64,000 nt of DNA from contig OX597821.1 in NCBI GenBank assembly GCA_951406725.2, positions 116,064,001 to 116,128,000 on the forward strand. Direction: 5' to 3'. Origin of the DNA: Octopus vulgaris (Eukaryota). Position 1 is the first letter of the stretch. Every line of letters begins with the position of its first letter. Below the pieces are notes generated by a model. That model saw only the letters and a program-made list of their open reading frames with translations, made no database searches and had not been told where the DNA came from. Below are positions 13,014 to 26,946 of this stretch, piece after piece. A program made the translations under genes and the position numbers.

Positions 13014-14082
13014 GGCGGGGAATAGGAGTAAGACTGTTGCTTAAATTTCATTTCAATATTTATTCATCATAATTATTAATGTGACACATTTGATCTAGAA
13101 CAGGGCTGTGCACTGAGCGAAATATGTTGGAATATATCCCAGCTTAGCTTTGATTGATTTCCAGAATATTCCACTTCTGATTATGGGATATTTTATCTAG
13201 CAATTACAGATAAGCAAAAAAAGTTATCCGTTACGTAGTTCTCGTTTACCCTGTCTGCAAAATATATTTATGGGCCACAACTAGATCGTTAAATTGACTG
13301 AGCTGTTAATAGGTTTGTGCCTTTGCCTGGAACACAGGACAATATATAAGTTCTATATCCTTTCGGTAGCATCTAGACGACAACCTCGTAACTCACAAAA
13401 TTGTCATTCAAATTTCAACTATCTGAACCCCCCCCCACAAAAAAAAATTCCCATTCTCTTACATTAATATGATTTTGGAGTGATGTAATATTGATTTAGA
13501 AGATGAGTTTCTTCTTTAACTTATGTACCATTGTGCAGTGGTTACAGAAACATGAAAAAAAAAAGAAAGAAAAGAAGCTAACTGACATGGTAAGATGTTG
13601 TGGAGTTCAATCCTGTTCTGTTCTAATTACATGCACTTCCAGGTTTATAATTCACCAACAGAAATATTATTCTTCATGGTATATAATTGGTAACGTTGTA
13701 TTAATATATGGAAATAGTGCGAACACGCTATCTTTAAGATAGCATATTTTACATTGATTTGACATTATTGTATCATATATTCCAATAGTGTATATGCATA
13801 AGTATACATATGACATGCGTGTGGGAAGAATGCAGGCAAGACATGCGACAATGAAGCAAACTCGAACGTCAATAATGAAAAGCGTAAAAAAGAGCTACAA
13901 GATGCAATGCCGTTATATTAAAAGAAAGTGCATTTATAAAGCAATGAAAAATCACTACCTAAATGCTGCAAATAAATTTTAATATATTTATATTCACGCT
14001 TCGATGCATGTTTAATACAGTTAGTATTTCTTTTTAAAGACAATATCATCATGAATACCACTATGCTATTGGTATATCTATA

Positions 14083-15240
14083 CAAGTGTGCCCACTCTGC
14101 GACTTTTCAGCAAATTTTCAACAAATACGCTTCAAGTGACGTAGATTCTGATTATATTGGAATTTGTTGTGAAAGAAATTTTTCCGTGAGTGGGAGTGAG
14201 GTGGGGGTGTTTGTTGGTGTTTTGGAAAATTCACATGTCAGCTTTTGTTTCCTCATAACTCTGAGAAAAATGTGTATTTGTTATAGAAATTTTCAACAAA
14301 TATCTTTCAGAGTGTAAAGATTCTAATTATGTTGGAATTTAATATGAAAAAAAAAACCCAATTGGGTTTTCTTTATTACAGCAAATTCGGAATTTATACC
14401 ATCTGAAGTATATTTGTGGAAAATTTCATTAAAAAATAACCATTTTTTCTGGAAGTTGTGAAGAAAGAAAGTCAGTGGGGCACAATTGTGTAGGTATGTC
14501 ATCCTATCTACGTTTGCGTGCTGAGAAAACCTGAGCACATCACGTACACATTATAGACACCCATTTGATGCATACAGAACGAAAGAAGTGTATTGTTTGC
14601 TTATATAAAACATGGAGTTATATAATGAAAGATCTTTACATAGAAAATGAGAGAGAAGTGATGCAAACCGGTACGAAGATAAATAATAGCAATGTAATCT
14701 TAGCATTATTTAAGCTAAAGCAATGGGCGTCTATACACAAATGTACCCCATCGATTTTGTTTCCTCATAACTTCTACAAAAATGGGTATTTTAAAATGAA
14801 ATTTTCTACAAATACGCTTCAAACGGTGAAGATTCCGATTATATCGGAATGAAAGAACTTTCCGGTTGCTGGAGAGGAGTTTCAGAAAATTAACGCGCAT
14901 CGGTTTTGTTTCCTGATAACTTTCGGGAAAATGGGAAGCTTTTTCTACAAATGCTCTTCATTTTGTTTAAATTACGATTATATTGGAATTTGATGTGAAA
15001 AGGAAAATGATGAGTACGCACACATACATACTGACACACGTCACGAATTTTCTTCGAAATTTCAAGTTTCATTTTGTAGATATGTGATGTGTGTCAGCTT
15101 GTATATGTGCTAGCCCACCAATTTCTTCCATCTTAAATTCCCATATAATCGTAATCTACACACTCTGAAAATTTCATCAAGAAATATACATTTTTCTCAA
15201 AGTTATGAGGAAACAAAGGCGCTTCATGTTTTTCCAACTC
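14083..15240. repeat. Degenerate ~100-160-bp repeat units in both orientations
   Basis: Motif ttttgtttcctcataact...aaattttc.acaaatacgcttca...gattatattggaattt on + near 14110, 14245, 14755, 14905 and on - near 14385-14470 and 15135-15220. Confidence 0.7.
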
Positions 15241-15609
15241 ACGGAAAAAATTTAAAGCAGACAGCTATAAGATGAAATAGTGCAAAGCGGTTGTTAAAAG
15301 AACGCGCATTTAATATTAAATGATGAAAAAAATTAAGAATAATAACTAAAAAAAACAAAACAGAAATAACAAAGTCGAGAATGAACCATATACTATAATA
15401 GACGTTGTTGACATTGAACATGCAATGTTTGTCAAGTAGCAATTGGAACACTTATGTTCGCACACACGAATAAACTGTAGTCTGGTCATGAACACATTGC
15501 TCCGGCCATGCGTTACCGAAAGTCCATGAGAATCATGTAGTTTTATTAAAATTACATTAAAATGTGTTTTTAAAACCCACATCGATATTTCCTTATTCTT
15601 TCTCTCTAA

Positions 15610-16745
15610 GGTTCGGGTATAGCTGTATGGCAAGAAGTTTGCTTCCCAACCACATAGTTCCGGTTTCAGTTCCAGACACCTTGGGAAGGTCTCTTCTGTT
15701 ATAGCCACGGGGTAACCAAAGCTTTGTCAGTGGATTTGACAGATGGAAACTGAAAGTAGTGTATGTGTACATATCTTGGTATCGCTTCGCTGACGAAGAT
15801 TAGGAAGGCTGTTGTCCACGTCCACTGTACGCTGGTTCGTGGCTGATAAGGCCGATGTGGGATGACAGGGGTATGGTTGAAGTGATGACAGGGGTATGGT
15901 TGTTCAGTGTCTGATGATACAGCTACATTATTTTTCGCCTCTGAGGTTTGTCTTCAAGAGAGGCACTGCTAGAAATCTCAAAGGAAGAAACAACATCACT
16001 GATGGTATGGCGCCAAGTAATGCGGTCAGCTGTTAGAGTGGAACACTCACGATAATCAATGTCACAAACGCTAAGGAACTGCTTCAGACAGTCCTTGTAA
16101 CACTTCCTTGGTGCCCCCCTTGTTGCGGAGGCCAGTGGTGAGCTCACCGTACACGATGATCTTGGTAGGTGGCGGTCTTTCTTCCTACCAACGTGCCCTG
16201 CCCAACACAGTCGTGTCTCAAGTAAAATGGCTTCCAGGCTGGTGACCTTTGCTCGCTCGAGGACCTCAATGTTAGTGATGTAGTCGTTCCAGTAAATGTT
16301 GAGGATGGTAAGGATGCAGTGTTGGTGAAAACGTTCAAGGAGCCTGATATGACAGCAGTAGGGGACCCAGGACTCAGTGCCATATAGGATCGTCGTGCGA
16401 GCGACGGCCCCGTAGATGATGACATTTGTGCTGATATTAAGATGCTTCTGGTTCCACACACATTTATACAGTCTTCGCATCTGATAAAATGGTACATCCA
16501 AGGTAAGTTAACTGCTATACTGGCTTCAGTTCTCTTTCAGCAATGGTGATATGTGTGTGTGTGTGTGTTTGTCCCACACGGCCGCTTGGTTTGTTTACGT
16601 CCCTGTAACTTATCAGTTCGGCAAAAGACCTCGATAGAATAATACCAGGTATTAAAAAAGTGCTGGGGTCGAGTAGTTCGACTAAAACTTCTTCAAGGCT
16701 TTGCCCCAGCACGGCCGCAGTCCAGTGACTGAAACATGTGAAAAG
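15610..16745 (+). mobile_element. tRNA-derived SINE family B split by an RTE LINE fragment
   Basis: 5' half (15610-15765) and 3' half (16550-16745) match the intact copy at 28234-28635. Confidence 0.75.
15775..16500 (-). mobile_element. RTE/BovB-like LINE 3' fragment
   Basis: ORF 15923..16501: VWNQKHL..TNVIIYGAV..TILYGTESW..LERFHQHC..ILNIYW.DYITN.EVL..LCWAGHV, typical RTE ORF2 C-terminus. Confidence 0.9.
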
Positions 16746-17206
16746 TAAAAATGTAGAAGGAGAATTTATGTAAATTACTTCTCTAAATTAGTATTTAAAA
16801 ACTGTAACCAAATTCTTCCAAGCAATCTTAGAAATTCATTAAAAAGCATTACAAATTTATGTAAAAAAAAAGAAGAAAAATACGCGAAAAAATTTCATTA
16901 GTAGCTTATACAGTGAGGTCTTGTGTGTTGGCATCGGTTCACGCTGAGATCTCCTACAGAGATAATAAGAGTAACAGCTGATAATTACAGAGCAATATTA
17001 TATAAATGTATGTGCTTATTTAACAGAGTGTTATATAACAGTGTTAGAATTCCTTCGTGTAAAAAGAAAGATAAATGGCGCCGATTCTTTAGAAATGGTA
17101 TCTTTGGAAAATAGAAACTCTTAAAAACATTTTGTGAGATTAAAATTTCTGAGTGAGTTTTCGGATTATTACCGAAGATTCGTATATTTGAAGTTGTGAC
17201 ATGGAA

Positions 17207-17563
17207 AACAAGAGCATTCAGAGAGCGAAAACCTACGCTAAGGCAACACCAACGTCCCCTTAACGATTAGCCGGAGATGATTTTTAAAATGAGGATATCT
17301 TAAATAAACTCGACTGCTCTCACAAACGAAAATACTAAAAATGAACCCGACCGCTCTCAAAAATTAAGTAAAAAGAACCAGAATCCTTGTCCGGTACCGG
17401 ATCGAATCAGAATCTAATCAGTTCGTGCCAGTCATGAAGCCAAACATCACCGAAAGTTTCATCCGAATCCATCCAGCGGTTCTTGAGATATCCTATCCAC
17501 AAACAAACAAAGAAATATGACTGAAAACAACACCTCCGCCTTCGCTAAGACGGAGATAATAAT
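17207..17563 (-). mobile_element. Helentron-associated non-autonomous element (HINE/DINE-1-like)
   Basis: Terminal palindrome cctccgccttcgctaagacggag, related sub-TIR (acctacgcta) near the other end, terminal stem-loop agagcattcagagagc, short aaac repeat. Confidence 0.6.
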
Positions 17564-18659
17564 AGAGATCTGACCTTTTAGCGTAGTAATACAGTATTTG
17601 AGATAACATTGAAGACATTGACTTCGTTCTTTAGAGGAACAAGCACTGTTGTATTCGTGAAGGTTTATAGTTCACTTGCAAACCTATAACAATTACCTGT
17701 GACTTCACTCACGGATGACTTATAATGAAGAAGAGTGCAAGAGAGAGAGAGAGAGAGAGGGAGAGGGAGAGGGAGAGAGAGAGAGAGAATGTGGGAGAAA
17801 GAGTGACAGCGCTGGCGAAGGCGGCGGGGGAAAGATAGTAGAAGCTGTCAAACGTCATTATAGAGAGAAATTGAGAGTTGTAGCCGGAGGTGATAGCAAT
17901 GCATCAAAGAGAAGATCTGAACAGCCATTGGCTGACGGTCTTGTTTGCTATCTATTCAGCCAAATCTGATTCTTGTAACCAGGGTCGGATTAAACCCCAT
18001 ACAGGCCTTAAGCAATTAAAAGATTTTGTTTGATTCGTTCATACTGCTAACTATGTAACAGATCTAATTTGACAGGCAAGTTTGGGTGCTAATGTACCAA
18101 CTTGGCCTTTAATTTTCAAGATTTTCTATCAGTAAACAAAACTCAAAAGCAAAGCAAAAACAATTAAAACAAGTTCAGTCATTATTTTTAAAAGTAGTTC
18201 ATAAATTATGAAATGTTCGTAAAGCTATTCGATTGAACTAAACCATCAACAATTAATATATTACAGTAGGGGACATGGTTTTTATTGTCTGGTGTTGGAG
18301 ACATGTTTCCTAGTAATTATGGGCCCCTAATTTTGAATGTTAAATCCATTTTGCTCTATGATTTCAAAATTTATCACAAACACAAATGTCTATTTTTCAA
18401 CATTTCCGGTATTGTCACCGTATCTAAGGATAGATTTCGCTCCATTAAATGCAGACCCATTTATGGCGCTTGACATAACTTTGAAAATAACTTTTCAACA
18501 TCATTTTAAAGCAAATGCAACTACAAAAGTGAAAACAGAGTTCATGATTTAAGTCTCTTTTGTAAATAAAGGGCAATAAACTTGAGCAACTTTCACTATT
18601 TTCAGTCTAACCAGTTTTAAATGTCATAATGATAACATAACGCCCTTTATACAATTAGA

Positions 18660-19592
18660 CTAGCTGAAGGTGATCCGCTCTACGCGCGGGTGAGGGTGTG
18701 GTTGTTACTTTCTGTTGCTTCCTTTCCGTTTCTTATCGCCACATTCTCCCTATTTGTTTCACTCTCCTTTATCACTCACTTTCCCACCATCTTACTCTTC
18801 CTTTCTCTCGAATTCTCCCTCACTTTCTCTTACTCTCTATCTTTCTCTATCTATCTATCTCCCATTTATAAAGAACAAAAGATCTTGAGTAAGTTGAGAA
18901 AGAAAATATTTTGAAAGATCAATCATAAATATCAGGCAGTGACAACGGAAAGGTCTGTTTCAAGGCGGACAGCAAAACACTAACATTTAAAAGGGACAGA
19001 CGAACTTGCGAGCTGAATAAAAATTTTAAAATATTGGAAACCGAAGTTTGAAGGGATAGAATCTGAGGATAGTAGACTCGCCATGGCTGGCATTTCTTAA
19101 CGACGGACAGCAACGTACTGGCAGTTTAATGGCTGGCTGAACTTGATGTAAAATAAAATTCCTGAACACCAAGTTTTGAAGTGATTCCTTCTCACGACAG
19201 TAGACTCACCATGGCAGGCATTCATAACTTCTTCATGATGGACGGCAACACATTGACGATTTGAAGGGTGGCGCAATTTTTTTAGCTTGATGTAACAGAG
19301 AATTCCTAAACACCCGCTCCTGTAAATTTTAATCCCCTTCCAGCCCCATTTAGACCACTTTTCACATTTTGGTTAATATAATCCGATTTCATTCGGGTCT
19401 ACTTGGGCCACATTTTAGAAGATGGGGTATTTTGTCCTAGAGGTCACGCCTTTCATTTGAGGAAAAAATAGTTACCATGCAAACTCGCCAGCACTTTTAA
19501 CATAGGTGTGCATATTTTCAGCTCAACCGACCACATAATGCACACATTATATATATATACGCATTATATATGTGTGTGTACGCATTATATAT

Positions 19593-19659
<67 letters not shown>

Positions 19660-19763
19660 TATATACATTAACCCAATAAATATCTGAATCATAATATTTG
19701 TTCTCATGATTGTGTGGTGGTGGTGGTGGCGATGATAATTCTCTCTATGAATGCTGAAAGACG

Positions 19764-19821
<58 letters not shown>

Positions 19822-20350
19822 GGGAGAAAGAGTGACAGAGCTGGCGAAGGTGGCGGAAGAAAGAGAGTGGAAGCTGTCAAACATCGTTATAGATCGAATG
19901 TGGAGGGAAAGGAGGAAAAAGAGAGAGACGGATGAAGGGAGGCAGATATGCGAAAGAGAGAAACGACAATTTATAATATTTGTTCTCATGATTGTGTGGT
20001 GGTGGTGGCGATAATAATTCTCTCTATGAATGCAGACAGACGTAGAGAGAGAGAGAGAGAATGTGGGAGAAAGAGTGACAGCGCTGGTGAAGGCGGCGGG
20101 GGAAAGATAGTAGAAGCTGCCAAACGTCGTTATAGAGAGTAAGTGAAGGGAAGGGAGGAAAGAGAGAGAGAGAGAGAGACGGAGGAAGACAGGCAGATAA
20201 GAGAAAGAGAGAAACGACAAACACTTGTCAAAGTGTGGGTTTTTTGCCCTAGTAACCACAGCTTTTGAGATCGGGATTTCTAACCTAGCCCACTCACATC
20301 CACGTCTCTTTTTACAAACAAACATACTTTTCACATTTCAGATTTATAGA
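18660..20350 (-). mobile_element. Non-autonomous Helitron (~1.7 kb) with internal duplication
   Basis: On minus strand: A|TCTATAAAT...aaagtatgtttgtttgt 5' end; 3' hairpin cccgcgcgtagagcgga then CTAG|T; ~19690-19975 duplicated at ~19975-20220. Confidence 0.75.
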
Positions 20351-20689
20351 TATTGATGATGGTAATATCACTTTTCTGTGCTTTTAGACATCATATATAT
20401 CTCATATTTGTGGAATTTGATATGCCCGCGCTGTGCTTGATTTAGTGTGACTATCATTTGAACCTTTAACTATTTCTTGTGAAAATTAGTATTTTGAATG
20501 TTTTAACTATGAGGTCACATGGGTCAAAGTCACTTTTTGTCAAGCATAGTCAAAGAACTGCAGAAAGAACTTCATGGTATGTATGTTCTTTATGGAACTA
20601 CGCCATCACAAATCTGCATTTGCTTATTTTATAACTGTTGACAAATCTGAAAATGCTTTTCCCCGGTGACAACAGGATTAAATATATGT

Positions 20690-21680
20690 TTTTATTGTGA
20701 GAGAAGAAAATGTGGAAATAGCTCCCAATGTATTCTGCTATATTTGTGGATCTTACACTTTACCTAGGAAGTGGAAGAAATCACAGATTTTGTGAAGAAA
20801 CCTTACCTTACTTACTTTAACATGAAACTAGGTGATCAAGACAAGAGACAAGACAGTACCTGAGCACCTCAGACAGTGTGGGACACGTGTAGAAACACTG
20901 AGACAGCGACTGTTTCAGATACTTAAGCAGAAAGCTTCTAGTTTTGTGGTGTGAACAAATTAAGGTTGGTGTGTTTAACGGGCCACAGTTTAGGTGGTTG
21001 TTGCAGGATGAGTAGTTTTTGAAGACCACATCTGGTGTTGAAAAAGAAGCATGAGATGCTTTTGCTGCAGCTGTGCCTGATTTCCTTGGAAACAGGAAGT
21101 CATCAAAGAACGAATATGTGCAGACTATGTTATCCAGTCTTCAAGCACTGGGCCGCAACATGAGTGTAAGAGTGCATTCCCTGCACAGTCATCTGGATTA
21201 CCTCCTTGAAAATCATATTGCAATAAGTGAGGAGCAAAGAGAAAGATTCCACCAAAAATATCGAGACTATGAAGAGTAGGTATCAAGACAGGGGGTGGGG
21301 CACAAGATAATGGCTGATTACTGCTAGTCTCGGCAAAGAGACATGTTATGATGCAAGTTATTCATGCAAAGCAGCAAAGAGAAAGCTCATTCCATGAGTG
21401 GCTGAATCTCCAGTTTGACAGAAATATCTATCATAAGATGTGTAATTAAATATTTTGTGTATTTTTGTTCAACAATAAAAGTACAATTTGGGCTTGTGTT
21501 AGTTGCATTTAATGACAAAAATGACGTTTTCTGGTAAAAAATGAATTAATGTTTAGCAAAACAATTGGCGTGACAGAGAATTTGTGAGGGCATTTCTGAA
21601 CCCAGCGCCATCAGGTTAAGCAGGACTAATTGTAGAAAGCAAGCCAACGAAAGATATTTTCGAGAATGTTCCCCAGTGTG
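20690..21680 (+). mobile_element. Internally deleted Chapaev3-like (CMC) DNA transposon remnant
   Basis: FCYICG..ITDFVKK..KLGDQD and FLGNRKS...LGRNMSVRVHSLHSHLDY..SEEQRERFHQ motifs; end reads ccccagtg (CACTGGG on minus). Family name is from recall. Confidence 0.65.
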
Positions 21681-22197
21681 ATGAATAAAATCTTAAAAGC
21701 AGCTGACCAACCCTATTACTTATGGATAAATAATACAATTGTGCTTATTCAGAGAGTAAACAGTACAACAAAAATCTTGACGTGATGGAAGAAAACTGCG
21801 TGTAGTTTTGAAACCAGCATGCCAATTTTAGGCTAAGTCAAGTGAAGAAGCAAACTCGGCATAGAATATGTTCAAAATAGTTTCCCTGTTACCAGTTCTA
21901 ATTGCTATCAGTTAACTGCTACATTTAAACATCTGGCAGCCCCAATGTGATAGAAACGGTACGGAGTCTCATTCCTAACAGTCCCTAAACACTTGTGGCT
22001 TGTGTATAAATAACTAATCAATATTTTTCTACTTACAATTTCAACGAGATGGATCTATTGCTAGCAAACCATACTCAATGTCTAGTCATATTTATACTCT
22101 TTTTTAATCTATGTAATTTTTTTTTTTACAGTATAAGTTAAAATTTCTGCCGTGGTTGCATCTGCTATTCATCTTCCCTGGGTGAATCAGATATGCA

Positions 22198-22257
<60 letters not shown>

Positions 22258-22929
22258 TTCTTATACATTTGATTATGGTTTTTCCCACAAATTTATGGTT
22301 TTGTGCAAGAGACAGAAATTAATAATTCCCACTTAGCTCTCTGCCAATTTAAAAATAGCAGGTTTCTTGATTTTTAAATCCTCCACAGACATCTGCAAAT
22401 TTCCTGTTTAAAAATAATGGTTTATAAGCAATTGCGTTCATTTTAACAATTACAGCGTGTAAGACACATTAACTATTCAAAAACACACTAAAACTGTTCA
22501 CGTCACTTAAACAGCTATTATTCGGTGTCAAAATCTTCGTCAGTATTATAAATATAACGAATTCATGTATTATAGGTCAGACATTCATGTGTCATTGCCT
22601 AGTGCTCATAGTTGGTCACTTAACTTGGCATTTGGTTGTAATTCTTATACCCTTTCTTTCTTCCTTCCTTCCTTCTCTCGGTGGAGTACTCTGTCGACCT
22701 TGTACAGTTTCAGCAAGTCAAGAATTATTGATTTTAACAAAGATAAACTATCAGTCCATGGCCAAGAAGATGAGAGACAATTGGGAGAAAGGTAGACACA
22801 AACTGTATAAGGGTAGGAGCAGAAGTTATGTCATCAGTAGTAGTAGTAGTAGTAGTAGTGACAACAGCAGTATATATAGTAAAAGCCCATAAATTCTGAA
22901 GGCAGAAATTCTGTTATTTTTTTACAACT

Positions 22930-23145
22930 AATCCTCTCTACTATAGGCACACGGCCAGAAATCTTATGGAGAGAGGTAAATCGATTACATCGACCCCAGT
23001 GGTCAACCGGAGCTTATTTTATCGGCCCCGAAATGATAAAAGGTAAAGTTGACCTCGGTGGAATTTGAGCCCAGAATCTAAAGCCATAAGAAATGCCGCT
23101 AAGCATTTTGTCCGGCATAGTAACGATTCTGTCAGCTCGCTGCTT
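22930..23145 (-). mobile_element. SINE family A, diverged copy
   Basis: tcgattacatcgaccccagt...gacctcggtggaatttgag...gtcagctcgc. Confidence 0.78.
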
Positions 23146-23279
23146 CAGAAAAGAAAATAAATTACGGAAAATACTTTACTGAGATGGAAATCACATTATG
23201 ACACAAAAACATATCAAAGAAAAAGAAATTGCAAGCGTCCCTATAGCTCAATCCAGTTGTATGTTGATAATCTAACAAA

Positions 23280-25130
23280 CTATATCAGGAGCATGCCCCT
23301 ACATGTCAGAGATATGAGCGAGCTGACCACATTCGACTATGAGGAGAATGAAAAGATCATTAATGATCATGTGGGAAGGTGGCACAAGTCCTACAGTTAA
23401 CTGGCGGAGAGATAACAATTTTATAACTACCATCAATAAAATACCACCTGTATATGGCTTTCGGCAAAACCACAAAACCTATACCGACTGGGCCGCCTAC
23501 TCTCCCTATCTGTGTTGCTAACAATAGCAGCAGTCACGGAATATCATGTTTTCTCTTATAGATCTTAAGCCCCCTAGACTGAATTATCGATGGGATGTCT
23601 GTGATTGCACCAATGAACTGCTTAGTAGGATCTACTACATCAAAAGTAGTATGGATATAGTATCACTGTATCAATCAATTGATATAGATTTTACTGTTAA
23701 GAAATGTGTGAAGCTGTCTATGAGAGTAACGATCTGGGTCTCTTTCTAGCCATTTCTTGTGCCAAAGAATATCATTCTATTCATAACCTAGCAGGGCTGG
23801 TTGAGATACCAGTAGGAGAACTGAGAGTATCACTTGTTATGACATGAAGTTTGATAGTGTTCTGTTTGTAAATGCGACACAAAAATAGTGACTGGCTAAC
23901 ATATCTAGGAAAATCCTCCGCGCAGTTAAATGACCAAGGTCGTTGAAAAGGCAGGTAGATCTATCAAATCTGTTCTTTGTAAATCTTAATCCTTTGACAA
24001 TGACACCTATCAGGGGAGTGAGACAAGAGTTTGGAAGAACTGCTTTGATGCTGCCTTCCCACATTAAAACAACAAAAATGAGAACGTAGAACAGAAAACA
24101 AAACGTCAAAGTGTCCTTTCTATACACCAGCAGATTCCACTGCCGACGCCACTAACACAACGCCAAAAAATGCGGAAAGCATTATTGCGTGATCTGGACG
24201 AAGTGTTACACTCAACATTCCGAAATCCATCCAGTAACAAACCGACCCCAGCAGAACTATGGTATACAAAACATTTGCAACAAAAAGTTGGAAAACCTAA
24301 CAGGCAACTCAGCAGCAGACAAGTGCCTAAGACGAATTTGAGGCACTAAAACATTATCGGAAAAAGTATGGCACAGTAGATGTGAGACTGGATGAGCCCA
24401 GAAACACACCATAATAACCTTAAAAAGGGACGAACTGATCCTCATCCGAACATACCTAGGTCGCAGAATAGTAAAAATAAACGCCTTTTCAATATAAGGC
24501 CGCGAAAGTCAAAATGCATGCCAGTGAATCTATAAAACAATAAAGTATATCCCACTAGTTGGCTGAACAATGAGTATAGACGTCAGAAAGGTATTCTCAA
24601 GACGTATAGGCTTAACATCAATCCAAGAAGCTTTTGAATATCAGATCATGTCCCTTAGAGTATACATATTAAACACCAAACAGTAAAGTCTTGACATGAA
24701 TCAAGCTTGCGTTCATGAAAGTTGGAAAAATGTTTTTCAAAAACTATTCCCTGACCAATGTGTAGCCAGAGTTGCGCAAATCTACTGCAGCAGGTCACCA
24801 GAAAATACCCTTAAAAGATTATGCAAGGCAATAGTACCAGAAGTTTTCAACGTGACAACAATGTTGACAACCAGAATAGTCTATCCTTGACAAACGACCA
24901 GGATATTAGCTCTCACTTTGAAGAATACGTGTTTGCAATACAGGACCAGGAAACAGCCGCGATGCACAGAAGGAATAGTGATGTAGGTAAACCACATAGA
25001 TCCGATAACCGATACAGCCTTTATGGAATTAACACAGAGGATGTCTCTCACATCATAAGTAGCTATCTGAGTATGTTCTCACGGTATTATCTACTTATGA
25101 GACATGATGTCGCGGTCAGAACACTAGAAA
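23280..25130 (+). mobile_element. Mosaic of decayed retroelement fragments (Penelope-like RT start; R4/Dong-like zinc-knuckle region)
   Basis: MDIVSLYQSIDIDFTVKKCV resembles the RT at 57420; VFAIQDQE...EDVSHIISS...YYLLMRHDV resembles an RLE-LINE CCHC region. Confidence 0.55.
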
Positions 25131-25359
25131 TCTGAAAAAGAATAATTTTGAGGAGACAACCTTGACATCAGGCGATATACCATAGAGAGCGTGGGTAAAG
25201 GACCTGGCGAGGATGGACACTGATCAACGAAAAGCTTCCGATAGGGTGGACCAGTAACACTTAGCGGCTATTCTCACGATAGCAGGTATCGGTCTCATTT
25301 TCTGCAGTTAGGTTGTTGAAATGCACAGCATCTACTCGGTGAACAAGGAGGAGACAAAT

Positions 25360-25850
25360 ATCAGTGGAAAATAGTTGAAAAGTTCACACTATATGTCAAC
25401 GGATAAAAAAAATGTACGCTACGCGTAGTTGAAAGATCACAGATGTTATTGAAATCTATGAACTCCACCGTACTTCTGAATTCGAGATCTGGAATTTTCA
25501 ACGGATGTAAACATAAGGGTAAATTCCTGTTGGTAAATTGGAAAATGCCACCCTCTCTGCATTGGGCAGCCTCCACGACCCTATCCATTCAGCCTTGTTA
25601 TGACTTTACGGTCACAGATGACATAACTCTAATTCTCCTCCGTTTTCTTTTTCCTTTTCCATTTGTTTTCCGATGTTTCCATTTTTCCACCTTTTACATC
25701 TACTTCTTTCTTGCCTTTTGCCATATTTTATCTTATTCAATCGTGTTGTTTTAACTTTTTATGCCATGTGGGCATAACCTGCGTTAAGGCGCCAGACGTG
25801 TTATAAAATGCTGTCTGAGTCGTTTTCATCGCGTGAAACTATTACAAGCT
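25360..25850 (+). mobile_element. Penelope-like element 3' fragment (GIY-YIG C-terminus plus pyrimidine-rich tail)
   Basis: WKIVEK...KKCTL..ER...LLNSRSGIFNGCKHKGKFLLVNWKMPP; homologous to 46100-46440. Confidence 0.75.
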
Positions 25851-25937
25851 CATAACAATTTACACTGTGGTTATTAAACAACACACACATACATACGCAC
25901 ACGCACACACGCACGCACACACGCACACATACACACA

Positions 25938-25989
<52 letters not shown>

Positions 25990-26442
25990 CACACACATAC
26001 ACACACACGCGCGCACACACACACACATACACACACGCACACGCACACACATACACACACACACACATATATATATATAGTTACGATATATCCTGAAGTA
26101 GAGTACAGTATCACACATCGACCAATATCCGGATATTTATCTGAAATACTTATTTGGTACATTGTTCAGATTAATATTTTAGCAATTTAAATCTCAATCA
26201 ATGCAAAAAGAAAAGTATTAAATTGAAAGCTAGCAACAGTTAGAAAGGGATGAGACCAGTGAAAATAAGCAGAACATCGTTTGGAAAGTTATGGCAGCTG
26301 GTCACACGGATAAAGCGCTTGGCTTGATTTGAATTAGTTTGAGCCAAACTTTTGTAAGGAGAACAGTTATCGTTAGTTTTATATTTAGATCGTCAATAAA
26401 ATAACATAAAGTAATATTAACTGGAATCAGAAATATACTTAC

Positions 26443-26599
26443 ACCAGCCAAAAATAATGTAAAACTTGACACTACGTTGTTGAGTAAAAAGAGTTTTGTG
26501 TATCAACATTTGTAGATAAAATCCTTCCACGAGGATCCACACTTGGCTGGCACACAAACCATATATAAACAAAGTGAACAAAAGCCGACACTCCCAGTG
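26443..26599 (-). CDS. Class B1 GPCR exon: TM3-ICL2 (HWECRLLFTLFIYGLCASQVWILVEGFYLQMLIHKTLFTQQRSVKFYIIFGW)
   Basis: Within ORF 26417..26605; ttttgcag acceptor and gtaagt donor; W..VEG.YL motif, TM3 Cys, GW|G intron position. Confidence 0.95.
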
Positions 26600-26638
26600 C
26601 TGCAAAAGAATATTATTATATTAATATAAATCCAGAAA

Positions 26639-26711
<73 letters not shown>

Positions 26712-26946
26712 CGTTGTATGCTTTATTCTTTTATTTAGTCACAAAAAAGATGGCATTCTTAAACTGATGTGACTGATGTGACTGATGTTTAAGCTTGAAC
26801 ATATTTATTAAACTGAAATAGCAGACTCAAAAATGAAACTAGTAATAATCTGTAATAAGTCCAAAATATTTGCAAAAGGAAATAAATTATGAGAAATACT
26901 AAATTTCTAAATCTCTCGTAGAGACATGTACGGTGGTGGGGCGATA

